From an uncultured Verrucomicrobiae bacterium (GTDB lineage Bacteria; Verrucomicrobiota; Verrucomicrobiia; Palsa-1439): a stretch of 64,000 nt of DNA. The position numbers and the translations under genes are program-made. The notes beneath the pieces are model-generated. The model did no database searches, was not told the DNA's origin, and worked only from the letters and a program-made list of their open reading frames with translations. Location of the stretch: the NCBI GenBank assembly GCA_963812605.1, contig CAWEWF010000014.1:352001-416000 (forward strand), written 5' to 3'. Shown piece after piece: positions 1 through 9,705 of this stretch (position 1 is its first letter; the number at the start of each line of letters is the position of its first letter).

Positions 1-207
1 ACCAACGTTCTGTTCGGCAGCAATCGCATTTTGAATATAGAAATTGGTCCAGTTAAGTCCTTGGTACCCGTTTATAAGTTTGGGCGATGCAGGGTAGGAG
101 ACTGGTATATCGTCGAAGGTGATAACGGTTTGCGAATGGGTGGAAACGGCTGAAAACACTAGCAATGTGAGAACAGAGAGCGGCAGTAGAAACGATTTGG
201 CCTTCAT
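1..207 (-). CDS. Secreted protein, N-terminal part (runs off window edge); resembles PEP-CTERM exoproteins
   Basis: Hand translation from ATG 207: MKAKSFLLPLSVLTLLVFSAVSTHSQ-TVITFDDIP...NGYQGLNWTNFY; signal peptide; open to position 1. Not in ORF track because it is truncated. Confidence 0.7.
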   Translation of the reverse strand, partial: MKAKSFLLPLSVLTLLVFSAVSTHSQTVITFDDIPVSYPASPKLINGYQGLNWTNFYIQNAIAAEQNVG

Positions 208-318
208 GTGTGGCGCGCTTATCATTGAAGGATTGTAACGAGAAACAGTGTACAAGTCGAGCTATTTCCAGCTCCCCGTCGAACCGTTCATGTAGTGCTC
301 CCCGTGAATGGAAAAGAA

Positions 319-363
319 AATAGGGGTCAGGTCTCAAAAGAGAGAATAGGGGTCACGTCTCAA
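319..363. repeat. Tandem REP-like repeat AATAGGGGTCA(G/C)GTCTCAA x2
   Basis: Copies at 319-337 and 345-363, 18/19 identical; the second copy ends in the IS target TCAA. Confidence 0.8.
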
Positions 364-1896
364 GGGCCTGTTGCCCAAATGACTTTCTCCTTCCGGTTTT
401 TAAGGGGATGGGGTAGAAAGAATGTCGAGGAGGATACGTCGGCATGATGGGCAGCCAACAACCGCAGAAGGAGTTGTTCAGTTACCAGATTGACCTGGAT
501 CAGCGGGTGCGGCCTGAGAATCCGTTGCGGCGTATCCGAGAGGGGATCGACTTCGATTTCGTACGGGCCGAGGTGGCGGAGCGGTACGGCACGAACGGCA
601 ACGAGTCGGTCGACCCGGCGGTGATTCTGAAGATGATGTTTCTGTTGTTCTGGGACAATGTCGCCAGCGAACGAGAGCTGATGCGCATCATCCCGGAGCG
701 ACTGGATTACTTGTGGTTCCTAGGGTACGAACTGGATGCGGTGATTCCGCATCACAGTGTGTTGTCGAAAGCCCGGGCACGCTGGGGAACGGAGGCCTTT
801 GAGAAGTTCTTTGTGCGCACGGTGGGTCAATGCGTGGCCGTCGGACTGGTGGACGGGACGAAGATTCACGTCGACAGCAGCCTCAATGAGGCCAACGCTT
901 CCTGCGATTCTGTCGTGACCGGCGCTCCCGCATTGATCACGGCCTTGAAGGCAGCGTATCAGGCCACGGCAAGCAAACTCGATGAGGTCACCACCCCGGC
1001 CAGTTACGAAGCGGTCAATGACCGGGTCGTCTCCACGACCGATCCGGATGCGACCGTTGTACGCAAAGGCACCCAACCGCCACGCCCTCGCTACCACCAT
1101 CACCGCGCCGTCGATGATGCCCACGGGGTGATCACGGCGGTGGAAACCACTACCGGCAGCATCGCGGAAAACAAACGCCTCCTGCCACTGGTCGAACAAC
1201 ACGACACCAACACCGGACAACGGGCCCAGACCGCCGTGGCCGACTCCAAGTACGGCACCACCGAAAACTTCGTGGCCTGTCAGCAACGCGCCATCCGTAC
1301 GCACCTGGGGGACGCCCGCGCCAAACAACATCATGCCCGCAGTGACGGCATCTTCCCGGACAGCGCCTTCACCTACGATCCGCGCACCAACACCTACCGC
1401 TGTCCGGCCGGCCAGACGATGAAACCCCGCCGATTGCATCCGCTCAAGCGCACGTGGGAATATCAATTACCCAAAGCCGTCTGCGCAGCCTGTGCGTTGC
1501 GCGCCCAGTGCACCCGCGCGGTGACGTACGGACGCACGATTCACCGGCACCAACAGCAGGCCCTGTTGGACCGCGCTCGCCAACAGGCGCACAGCGCCGC
1601 CTCGCGGCGCGACCGCCGCCGCCGACAACACCTGGCCGAAGTTAGTTTCGCCGATGCCGCCAACCATCACGGTTTCAAACGCGCTCGCTGGCGGCGACTC
1701 TGGCGGGTGCAGATTCAGGACTGGTTGATCGCCGCCATCCAGAACGTGAAGATTCTCCTCAAGCACTGGTGGACCCCACCCACCGCCGTAACGGTCACGC
1801 TGATCGTCACACTTCTGGTGTCCTTTACCATCCGATGACCAGAGCGTTCACCAACCAACCGCTTTCCCAGAAAACAACCCTTTGGGCAACGGGCCC
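364..1896 (+). mobile_element. IS1182-family insertion sequence, 1533 bp
   Basis: Terminal IRs GGGCCTGTTGCCCAAA (364-379) and TTTGGGCAACGGGCCC (1881-1896), 15/16 match; 4-bp direct repeat TCAA at 360-363 and 1897-1900; single transposase ORF. Confidence 0.92.
444..1838 (+). CDS. IS1182-family DDE transposase
   Basis: 464 aa; DUF772-like N-terminus (SVDPAVILKM, SERELM, WFLG), HVDSS, TTDPDA, ADSKYG, CPAGQ..CAACALRAQC, E..FA..H.GF.RARWR. Confidence 0.93.
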   Translation: MMGSQQPQKELFSYQIDLDQRVRPENPLRRIREGIDFDFVRAEVAERYGTNGNESVDPAVILKMMFLLFWDNVASERELMRIIPERLDYLWFLGYELDAVIPHHSVLSKARARWGTEAFEKFFVRTVGQCVAVGLVDGTKIHVDSSLNEANASCDSVVTGAPALITALKAAYQATASKLDEVTTPASYEAVNDRVVSTTDPDATVVRKGTQPPRPRYHHHRAVDDAHGVITAVETTTGSIAENKRLLPLVEQHDTNTGQRAQTAVADSKYGTTENFVACQQRAIRTHLGDARAKQHHARSDGIFPDSAFTYDPRTNTYRCPAGQTMKPRRLHPLKRTWEYQLPKAVCAACALRAQCTRAVTYGRTIHRHQQQALLDRARQQAHSAASRRDRRRRQHLAEVSFADAANHHGFKRARWRRLWRVQIQDWLIAAIQNVKILLKHWWTPPTAVTVTLIVTLLVSFTIR

Positions 1897-1918
1897 TCAA
1901 CATCGGACAAATTGGTTG

Positions 1919-2062
1919 ATGCGGGATAGGGCGATCGGTTTCACCTTCGAGTTTGTGCCGGAGCCTTCCCCGCTGCTGCTTACGGTCGTCGGTGCCCTGC
2001 TGCTGTGGCCGCTCCTCAAACGCAAGCGTGCGTCTGCTTCTCGCGAGGCACCCACCCCTTAA
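1919..2062 (+). pseudogene. Orphan PEP-CTERM sorting tail (gene remnant)
   Basis: FTFEF-VPEPS-PLLLTVVGALLLWPLL-KRKRA: PEP motif, TM helix and basic cluster, with no signal peptide or body upstream. Confidence 0.7.
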
Positions 2063-2470
2063 TCCCCTCCGAGGAGGGGAACGGACTTCACCCGGTGCCT
2101 TGACGGAGCGAGCCGGCTAGAATTTGCGTGACGCCGACAACGGCAGGCGGGCCGTTGCGACCGCAGCACGACGAGGTTGCGTTTCGTCTGACTCAGCTTG
2201 CCCTACAAGCTTTGGATATCGTAAAGCGATAATCCTGCTCGACAAGGGGCGGTGGGGTTGATATGGTGCGCATAGTTCTTTGAGAAGATGGTCAGGAGAA
2301 GGCGCTGATCTCGTGCGGACCGCGGTCGGCGCCCTTGGTTGCGCCGTCAGCAAACACTCGGCGCGTATCAGTTGCACCAGAAACATCGCTGGTGCGTCTC
2401 GCTTCGCTCGGCTTGCCGCAGACGACAGCGGCGTCTCGCAGGCTCGGCTCCATCCGACTCGGCTACAGCG
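2050..2470. repeat. Cluster of REP-like palindromes
   Basis: ACCCACCCCTTAATCCCCTCCGAGGAGGGGAAC (2050-2082; similar copy 9706-9735) and two units ending in CTACA (reverse GTAG type) near 2176-2207 and 2392-2467. Confidence 0.6.
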
Positions 2471-2502
2471 GGGGAGATGGTTCCCAAACATGTGTTTCTG
2501 CG

Positions 2503-2617
2503 AAACGAACCCATTTTGCTGCCGTGCCGTTTTTGGCCCATCCTTCCGAAGGGCAGGGACTTAGGACCCGGAAGTTCAATTGTTTGAATGGCTTCGTTTT
2601 CGGAAAACGAACCCATT
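2503..2617. repeat. AAACGAACCCATT repeat (2 direct copies, 1 inverted)
   Basis: 2503-2516 and 2605-2618 direct; AATGGCTTCGTTTTC (2587-2601) pairs with GAAAACGAACCCATT (2603-2617), 14/15. Confidence 0.7.
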
Positions 2618-2711
2618 TGCGGCCTTGGCTTGTGAGTTTATTGATCAAGATGTTGGCGATTTGGGACGCTGGTGCTGTGAAATCGCGCCTGGCGACGCTG
2701 AAAAATTCTTG

Positions 2712-2739
2712 TTGCCAATTGGAAGGTTTTGCGTATAGT
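2712..2739 (+). promoter_or_regulatory. Sigma70-type promoter for RRM gene
   Basis: TTGCCA-16 nt-TATAGT, about 145 nt upstream of the start. Confidence 0.55.
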
Positions 2740-2886
2740 TTTTTCAGCTAGCATATGGAAGAAGAGCGCAGTGAGATTGGTGGAATGTCAGTCACGCCTT
2801 GTTTGCCTGGTGGCAGTCCGAAACCCGACGAGCGGGAACAGTCACTGAAGCCTCCTACCGCAGCAGAAGGAAATTACTAAACCCTT

Positions 2887-3255
2887 ATGGCAACCAAGCT
2901 GTTCGTGGGCAACCTGTCGTTTAACACGACCGAAGGCGATATTCTCGACCTGTTCAAGCAGGCGGGCAATGTCACGAGTTGCGAGCTCATCATGGACAAA
3001 TTTACGGGCAAGTCCCGCGGATTTGCGTTCGTGCAGATGGGCACGCAAGAAGAAGCCAACAAAGCCGTCACTGATTTTAACGGCAAGGAACTGGACGGCC
3101 GCGCACTCACCGTCAACGAAGCCCGTCCCCGTGAGGAACGTCCCCGCGGCGACTTTGGCGGCGGCGGTGGCGGTGGATTCGGCGGTGGCGGTCGTGGCGG
3201 TGGTGGCGGCGGCGGGAAACGTGACTTTGGTGGCGGCGGTCGCGGTCGTCGCTAG
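2887..3255 (+). CDS. RRM RNA-binding protein with Gly-rich tail
   Basis: RNP2 KLFVGNL, RNP1 [26 protein letters not shown] tail. Confidence 0.95.
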   Translation: MATKLFVGNLSFNTTEGDILDLFKQAGNVTSCELIMDKFTGKSRGFAFVQMGTQEEANKAVTDFNGKELDGRALTVNEARPREERPRGDFGGGGGGGFGGGGRGGGGGGGKRDFGGGGRGRR

Positions 3256-3287
3256 CACTGGCACAACCGTAAGAGAATAATTACGCG

Positions 3288-3322
3288 AAGGGCGCCTTGC
3301 GCAAGCGAGGCGCCCTTTTTTC
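3288..3322 (+). terminator. Intrinsic terminator
   Basis: AAGGGCGCCTTGC-GCAA-GCGAGGCGCCCTT followed by a T run. Confidence 0.85.
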
Positions 3323-3417
3323 TTCCCGTTCCGGCGCGCCGCGGATCTGACGAGCACGAAGTCGGCGGGGCGTGATTGCGCTTCCCGCATTTCTTTTTTC
3401 TGCGTCGCGAATGTGGT

Positions 3418-4086
3418 TTACAGCAGGTCCAAAACTTCTTCGGGTCGCGCCACGATATGCTCGGCGCCGTTCTCGACCAACTCTTGCCGGTCGCGAAATC
3501 CCCAGAGTACACCGACCGCGTGCATGCCGGCGGCGCGGGCGGTGTGCATGTCGGTGTTTGTGTCGCCGAGGTAGAGCCATTGCGCGGGCGGCACGCCGAG
3601 TTCCTGCGCGATTTGCAATGCGGCGGTCGGATCCGGTTTCAACGGCACATCGGGGAGTTGGCCGCGCACGATGGCGAAGGGGGACGGATTGAAGTAGTGC
3701 GCGATCATGCGTTTCGTGAAGACGTTCGGTTTATTGGAAAGCACCGCCAGTTTGAGACGGCGTTCGTTGAGGGCGGAAATCAGTTCGGGAATACCCGGAT
3801 AAAGCTGCGTCATATCAAAACAATGCGCGTCGTAGCGCTCCCGCATGAGGCGCAGGGCTTCATCCACCAGGTTCTGCTTGTCCGCGGGCAGGGCGCGGGC
3901 GCACAGCGCGCGCGCGCCGTCGCCAACGAAGTAGCGATACCTTTCCAGCGGATGCGTGGCGCAACCGAGTTGTGTCAGCGCCCAATTGGTGGCGTTGGCC
4001 AAATCGGCGAGCGAGTCGGCCAGCGTCCCGTCGAGATCGAAGAGAATGGCGCGGATATCGGGTTTCACGGGGACGATGGTACTCAA
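3418..4086 (-). CDS. HAD-family hydrolase (phosphoglycolate phosphatase-like)
   Basis: FDLDGTL, LSNK, KPDP, YLGDTNTD, GVLWGF motifs. Confidence 0.92.
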   Translation of the reverse strand: MSTIVPVKPDIRAILFDLDGTLADSLADLANATNWALTQLGCATHPLERYRYFVGDGARALCARALPADKQNLVDEALRLMRERYDAHCFDMTQLYPGIPELISALNERRLKLAVLSNKPNVFTKRMIAHYFNPSPFAIVRGQLPDVPLKPDPTAALQIAQELGVPPAQWLYLGDTNTDMHTARAAGMHAVGVLWGFRDRQELVENGAEHIVARPEEVLDLL

Positions 4087-4170
4087 GGACGCGGTATGGG
4101 GCGATTTTTTTGTTGTTGTGACGGCTGCGCGCTTGTTACGGTCGGCGTCATCAACAAAGGAGAACGAGAC

Positions 4171-4959
4171 ATGAAGTTATTGCGGGTTTGTACATTGATG
4201 GTGGCGGCGGCGTGCCTGGCGACCCCGGTGGTCTTCGGACAACGGATGTTTGGCGGGCGCGATTTCGGCAACGGCCAGATGGCGAAAATTTTCGGGAAGA
4301 ACCAGACGTTCACGGCCACGGCGGAAGTGACGATCGAGGACAAATCGCGCCCCGAGCCGATGCAGATGGAATCGTCCTATGCGGTCCTCCAGGGTAATGT
4401 GCGCACGGAGACGGACATGACTTCCGCGAAAGGCATAATCATGTCGCCCCAGGTCCTCGCCCAGATGAAGCAGATGGGCATGGATCGCACGATCAGCATT
4501 TATCGGGGCGACAAGAAGGTGGCGTACCTGATCTATCCGGGGCTTAAGGCGTACTGCCAAATCACTCCGTCAGACTTGCAGCCGACGGACAAGACCGAGG
4601 CGAAGGAGCCGAAGATTGAGAAGACCCCGATCGGCAAGGAAACCGTGGATGGTCATCCCTGCGTCAAGAACAAGGTCACGATTACCAGCGATGACGGCAA
4701 AGAGCATGAGATTATCGTGTGGAATGCCACCGATATGAATGACTTCCCGCTCAAGAGCGAAATGCAGAACGGGGGCGCGACCATCACGACCCACTTCCGC
4801 GACATCAAGATGTCGGCGCCTGACGCCGCGCTTTTCGATCCGCCAACCGACTACAAGCTGTACGGCAGCATGCAGGAAATGATGATGGCCAACATGCAGC
4901 AACTGATGCCGCCGCGCAGTGGCTCGCCTCCCCAGGGTGGCGGCAACGGCGGCAACTAG
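4171..4959 (+). CDS. Secreted DUF4412-like protein
   Basis: SD AAGGAG; signal peptide MKLLRVCTLMVAAACLA; GKETVDGHPC, W.A.D...FP, PDAALFDPP.DY. Confidence 0.75.
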   Translation: MKLLRVCTLMVAAACLATPVVFGQRMFGGRDFGNGQMAKIFGKNQTFTATAEVTIEDKSRPEPMQMESSYAVLQGNVRTETDMTSAKGIIMSPQVLAQMKQMGMDRTISIYRGDKKVAYLIYPGLKAYCQITPSDLQPTDKTEAKEPKIEKTPIGKETVDGHPCVKNKVTITSDDGKEHEIIVWNATDMNDFPLKSEMQNGGATITTHFRDIKMSAPDAALFDPPTDYKLYGSMQEMMMANMQQLMPPRSGSPPQGGGNGGN

Positions 4960-4974
4960 GCCGTCAGCAACGCG

Positions 4975-6564
4975 CTACGGGGCGGATGGCGCTGGCAATG
5001 GAATCGTGAGCGGGCGTTTCCAATAGAAGTTTTCTTGAGCGGCGAGCGCGCGGAGCAGGTCCTTGTACTCCCGCAGCCGCTGGTCGCTTACGCCACGCGC
5101 TTTCAGATCGGCGACATACGCCAGGCTGTCCAGGTCATTGCGGTGGCGGATCAGATCGCTGTTGAACACGCCCATTTGATGTCCCAGGAAATACTGCGCC
5201 ATCTCACGGGTCCAGGCCCCGGAGGTCGGTTCGGTGGCCTGATACATCGTGAAATAGTCCAGTCGATTCACCTGGTACTGCAGATAGGTCGAATAGCCCA
5301 ATCCCATCACGGTCACTGCGATCAACGCCCACTTGATTCGATTAAGCGGCGTGCTGGCGAGCCATTCCATGTATAACAGGAAAGGGAGCGACAGCACGGG
5401 CAGCATGAAAATCACCAGCCGGGGACCGTAGCTCCATTCGCCACGCCATACGGGTGTTTTGGTCAAGACGAAGAACAGCGCAGATGGCAGCAAGAAGAGG
5501 ACGACGGCGTCCAGTTTGTAGCGGCGATAAAACTCCCGGAGTCCCAGCAGGCCGAACATGAGAATGGGGAAATGCAGGAACATGCTTCCTTGCGGGTCGA
5601 AGAATATCCCCCAGATTCCATCCTGCCAGCGCCCGGTCGGCCAGTGGTCAGCGGCGCGCCACTGGTGGTAGCCGGTCAGCCACGGGGATCCGAATTTCAC
5701 CTGATTGACCCAGGCGAGAGCCGCGAGCATCGCGGCGACGGGCATCAGTAAGTAAACTCCCTGGCGCAAGAGGATCCGCGAGCGTTGTTTCGCTTCCAAT
5801 ACGGCGGTCGCGTAGATTACGGCAAGCCAGATCGTCGGAATAAGCAGTCCGAAGAGAACCCGCGTGAAGAGCAGCGCCGCCACAAACAGCCACGCCAGCA
5901 ACAGGGCCAGCCGGGATTTCCCGTCTGGTTGCCCTGGCGAACTTCGCAGCCCGCGCAGGTAGATCATGAGGAAGTAGAAAGTCGCCGTGAAATCCAAAAC
6001 CTCGACGATCTCGGAGGTTTGGGCCCGCTGATAGTACCAAAAGAACGTCGCATAGAATGTTGACAGCACGTACACGATTCGGATCCAGGAGCGTTGCGTG
6101 TACCAGCCGGTAATCCGATACAGCAACGCGCAGATCACCAGGCTCAGAAGAATGTTGTACAGATTGAAAATCAAGAGATCGGGAAATTCGCCCTGGTGGG
6201 GAAGACGGCCGGTCAGCAACTGCTCCGCTTTCATCGGTGGCAGCGCCATCAGCGAGTTCATGAAGCCATACTTGCTGTACCACTGTCCGTTTTGGGGATT
6301 GAATACGAAATACTGGCCGCGCTCCCCTGACTGCTCGGCGGAATGCGCGTCCACGTGCAAGGTACCGCTGCGCAAGAGGCTGAGTGTTTCCTGACGCCAC
6401 GCATAGGGGTCGCCGGGAAACCAAAGCGCGGGCATGGCGGCGAAGTTGATGGCGAAAACCGTCAGGAGCAACGCGAACGGGATCATCCAGCGGCGGGGTA
6501 GGGGCGCCGTTCCTTCCACCAGCGAACTGGTGGTATCGGGGCGATCAAAGGCTGGTTTTTCCAT
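4975..6564 (-). CDS. Polytopic membrane protein, probable GT-C glycosyltransferase
   Basis: 529 aa, many TM segments, YSKYG, FGSPWLTGY, W.G.W.YGPR. Confidence 0.65.
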   Translation of the reverse strand: MEKPAFDRPDTTSSLVEGTAPLPRRWMIPFALLLTVFAINFAAMPALWFPGDPYAWRQETLSLLRSGTLHVDAHSAEQSGERGQYFVFNPQNGQWYSKYGFMNSLMALPPMKAEQLLTGRLPHQGEFPDLLIFNLYNILLSLVICALLYRITGWYTQRSWIRIVYVLSTFYATFFWYYQRAQTSEIVEVLDFTATFYFLMIYLRGLRSSPGQPDGKSRLALLLAWLFVAALLFTRVLFGLLIPTIWLAVIYATAVLEAKQRSRILLRQGVYLLMPVAAMLAALAWVNQVKFGSPWLTGYHQWRAADHWPTGRWQDGIWGIFFDPQGSMFLHFPILMFGLLGLREFYRRYKLDAVVLFLLPSALFFVLTKTPVWRGEWSYGPRLVIFMLPVLSLPFLLYMEWLASTPLNRIKWALIAVTVMGLGYSTYLQYQVNRLDYFTMYQATEPTSGAWTREMAQYFLGHQMGVFNSDLIRHRNDLDSLAYVADLKARGVSDQRLREYKDLLRALAAQENFYWKRPLTIPLPAPSAP

Positions 6565-6690
6565 GGCGTCCGTTGCCGGGCTTTCAGCTTAACGCAGAGG
6601 GGACGCGCGTAACAACCCGGAAACCCCGTTTTCGCGCACGGGCAAATGTCTTGATTCTCATCCGCGTTTCAACACAATCAGTTTCCCGAT

Positions 6691-8055
6691 ATGAGCAAAT
6701 CGAGTCAACGAACCTGGGGCGGCCGCTTTTCGACCGGGCCCGCAGCAGCCGTCAAGGCTTACACGGAGAGCGTCAGCTTCGATTGGCGATTGTACAAGCA
6801 GGACATCGCCGGCTCCATCGCGCACGCGAAAGGGCTGGCAAAAGTCGGCCTGATCACGAAAGCCGAGGCGTGGAAGATCGAGCACGGCTTGCGCGCTATT
6901 GAACGCGAGATCGATTCGGGCAAGTTCCAGTGGGATTGCGACTGCGAAGATGTTCACATGAACATCGAAGCGGCGCTGATTCGCAAGATTGGTGCCGCGG
7001 GCAAGAAGCTGCACACGGGTCGCAGCCGCAATGACCAGATTGCGACGGACATGCGCCTCTGGCTGATGTCGGCGATCCGCAGTGCCGATCACGAAATCCA
7101 ACACTTGCAGGGCGCGCTTGTCGCCTTCGCGGAGAAGGAGTGCGACACGGTCATTCCCGGCTATACGCATTTGCAGCGGGCCCAGCCGGTGTTGCTCGCG
7201 CACCACCTTCTCGCCTACGTGGAGATGTTGGAACGCGACGCCGGACGTTTTGCCGATTGCGCCAAGCGCGCGAATGTCTGCCCGCTCGGGTCCGGCGCGA
7301 TTGCCGGCAGCACGCTCAAACTCGACCGCGATTACGTCGCCAAGCTGCTGGGCTTCGCGGGTGTCACGCAAAATTCGATGGACGCTGTGGGCGACCGCGA
7401 TTTCATCGTGGAATTTCACGCGGCGGCGGCGCTCACGGGCGCGCATTTATCGCGGTTGGCGGAAGACCTGATTCTCTGGTCGAGCGCGGAGTTCGGATTC
7501 ATCACGATTGCCGACGCCTACACGACCGGTTCATCGCTTATGCCGCAGAAGAAGAATCCTGATATCGCCGAGTTGGCGCGCGGCAAGACGGCGCGACTTT
7601 ACGGCAACCTGGTGCAGGCGTTGACGCTCCTGAAATCGCTGCCGTTGACCTATAACCGCGACTTGCAGGAGGACAAGCAGCCGCTGTTCAAGTCGGCTGA
7701 TATTTTACTCTCCACGCTGCATATCGTGGCGGAAATGCTGCAGCACATTCATGTCAATCACGTCAAATGCGAAGCCGCCGCGAGCGACCCGATGATGCTC
7801 GCGACCGACCTTGTCGATTTTCTAGTAGAGGAGGGGATGCCGTTCCGCGAAGCCCATCACGCCGTCGGCACGCTCTGCGCCGAGGCGGAAAAGACGCACA
7901 TCTCGTTGCCCAAACTCGCGGCCAAGAAGTACGGCCTCGCCGCCGGCAAAGTATTCGATGTCCGCCGCGCGCTAGCGGCCCGCACTGCTATCGGCGCGCC
8001 GTCGCCGCACAATGTGGCGGCACAGATCAAGCGGTGGAAGAAATTGCTGAAGTAA
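6691..8055 (+). CDS. argH: Argininosuccinate lyase
   Basis: WGGRF, EDVHMNIE, HTGRSRNDQ, PGYTHLQRAQP, GSSLMPQKKNPD. Confidence 0.98.
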   Translation: MSKSSQRTWGGRFSTGPAAAVKAYTESVSFDWRLYKQDIAGSIAHAKGLAKVGLITKAEAWKIEHGLRAIEREIDSGKFQWDCDCEDVHMNIEAALIRKIGAAGKKLHTGRSRNDQIATDMRLWLMSAIRSADHEIQHLQGALVAFAEKECDTVIPGYTHLQRAQPVLLAHHLLAYVEMLERDAGRFADCAKRANVCPLGSGAIAGSTLKLDRDYVAKLLGFAGVTQNSMDAVGDRDFIVEFHAAAALTGAHLSRLAEDLILWSSAEFGFITIADAYTTGSSLMPQKKNPDIAELARGKTARLYGNLVQALTLLKSLPLTYNRDLQEDKQPLFKSADILLSTLHIVAEMLQHIHVNHVKCEAAASDPMMLATDLVDFLVEEGMPFREAHHAVGTLCAEAEKTHISLPKLAAKKYGLAAGKVFDVRRALAARTAIGAPSPHNVAAQIKRWKKLLK

Positions 8056-8080
8056 TCCCCGTCACACGAAGAGGGTGGCC

Positions 8081-8449
8081 ATGGTGGATCTGGGAGCATT
8101 CAACAATCTCCAACTGGTTGGCGGATTCAGGATTGCCGAGATCCGTCTCACTGACGAGCCACTGGTGGACGCACTCGGACGTGAAGCTGCCGCGCAGACG
8201 AGAATCACGGGCACGGAGTTCCGTCTTCAGATCCGCTCCCAGCTTGTCGCTGAAGAATTGTCTGTGACGCTGTACCACGAGATCCTGGAGGCTGCGGCGG
8301 TCGGTAGTTTGCATCCACCGGAGAGCATTGCCAGTTTTACGGAGGCGGATTTTGAGCAGGCAGCCCGTAGGATGCACAATTCGCTCGGAGAAGCGTCTCC
8401 CGAAAACGTAAACCGCATGTTGCAATTCTATGATTTTGGTGGAAAATAG
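8081..8449 (+). CDS. Hypothetical protein with HExxE motif
   Basis: SD GAGGG; 122 aa; SVTLYHEILEAA. Confidence 0.7.
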   Translation: MVDLGAFNNLQLVGGFRIAEIRLTDEPLVDALGREAAAQTRITGTEFRLQIRSQLVAEELSVTLYHEILEAAAVGSLHPPESIASFTEADFEQAARRMHNSLGEASPENVNRMLQFYDFGGK

Positions 8450-8453
8450 AGCT

Positions 8454-8651
8454 ATGGCAGACGGCGACAAAATTGAAGTGGAACTGATCAAATTGGTCAG
8501 TGGTGAACGTCTTCTTCGACTCTCAGAAGCACGGTCGGGATTGTCGCTAGAAAAGAAACTCGACCCGAGCCAACCAGTAGTTCGTCAGAAGAAACAGCTT
8601 CTCGGTGTGTTTGAGGCAGCGCTCGCACGAGCACAGTTTACCCCTGCCTGA
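8454..8651 (+). CDS. Small hypothetical protein, coupled to upstream gene
   Basis: 65 aa MADGDKIEVELIKLVSGERLLRL..., starts 4 nt after the previous stop. Confidence 0.65.
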   Translation: MADGDKIEVELIKLVSGERLLRLSEARSGLSLEKKLDPSQPVVRQKKQLLGVFEAALARAQFTPA

Positions 8652-8984
8652 CCACCTTTCCCCATGTCCAGAGTACTGACTTGATCCCAATGACTGGGTT
8701 GACCCCAATAATGCATACGGTTAAGGTGGGCGTGGCATACGGGATTAAGAAGGCCAGAGGGAAGGAATGAACACGAACGTGGAAACATTTCACTACTACG
8801 CTACTGCCAGTCACAGTAGCGGGATCGGTCATCTTTTTGCGTATTTATTCTTCTGCCTGCTACTACTTTCCCCTGTAATTCTTTGCGTGATTGTGTGGAA
8901 GGTCTGGAAGAAAATTTGAAATTCGGGGACTACCGGCTATTCAGTATGCTTGCCAAACTTGCTTGGGATTGCTAATAGCTGACT

Positions 8985-9479
8985 GTGAAACGCGCGGTCT
9001 TGATTGCACTGACGTTGGTTTGCTCGGCGCAAGTTTCTTACGCTTGGCTCGACGCGACGGAAAAACAGTGCGAAACGCGTTATGGAAAGCCACAGCCTGC
9101 GGATACGGCAACCCCCGGGTCCGATAAGACAATCGGGTACTGGAAGGATGATGTGCACGTAACTGCGGACTTTGTAAAAGGAAAGTGTTTACGCATATCG
9201 TACGTCTGTAGAGATCCGGTAACTCAGGGTCAAATAGATACATTCTTTAAAGCAAACGGCGGTACTACGGCTTGGGCGCATTTCAAGGGAGGCGGAGAAG
9301 GGGAGTATGTACGTCACGATGGCTTGGCAAAGGCCACCGTCATGATCGGATATGGAGGAGGCGTATTGTTTAGCTACTTTTGCTGGGATAAAGCGCACGA
9401 CCAGGCCGTCAAAGATGCAGAAACCGCAAAGCAAGCGGTGGAGAAAGAACGCCTCAAGAAGTTTAACCACGATTTTTGA
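8985..9479 (+). CDS. Secreted hypothetical protein
   Basis: Signal peptide MKRAVLIALTLVCSAQVSYA; lower-GC region. Confidence 0.7.
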   Translation: MKRAVLIALTLVCSAQVSYAWLDATEKQCETRYGKPQPADTATPGSDKTIGYWKDDVHVTADFVKGKCLRISYVCRDPVTQGQIDTFFKANGGTTAWAHFKGGGEGEYVRHDGLAKATVMIGYGGGVLFSYFCWDKAHDQAVKDAETAKQAVEKERLKKFNHDF

Positions 9480-9705
9480 CACGAGCGGGACCCGGCGCAC
9501 TCGAGATGATACCACTTTTATCCTCTTCCTCGCAAATTGATCTCCAGATAGATCAATGTTTACAGGCGTCCGGTAGAAGAGCTTCCAAACTCTCAAAAAG
9601 CTTCCAAACTGTGCTCATGCGGTTTTGGGATGTTGGGTAGGATTGGGGTATGAGAAGGGGGAAGGGCGGAGGAGGATCGGAAACTAGAGATTTGAGAGCA
9701 AAAAT

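Noticed and set aside
3376-4170. N-terminal extensions of ORFs 3376, 10070, 16121, 42027 and 47028
   Set aside because: They overlap real opposite-strand genes or a tRNA; downstream starts fit the families.
8891-9127. ORF starting MCGR as an SRAP start
   Set aside because: No other SRAP motifs, and it overlaps a better signal-peptide ORF.
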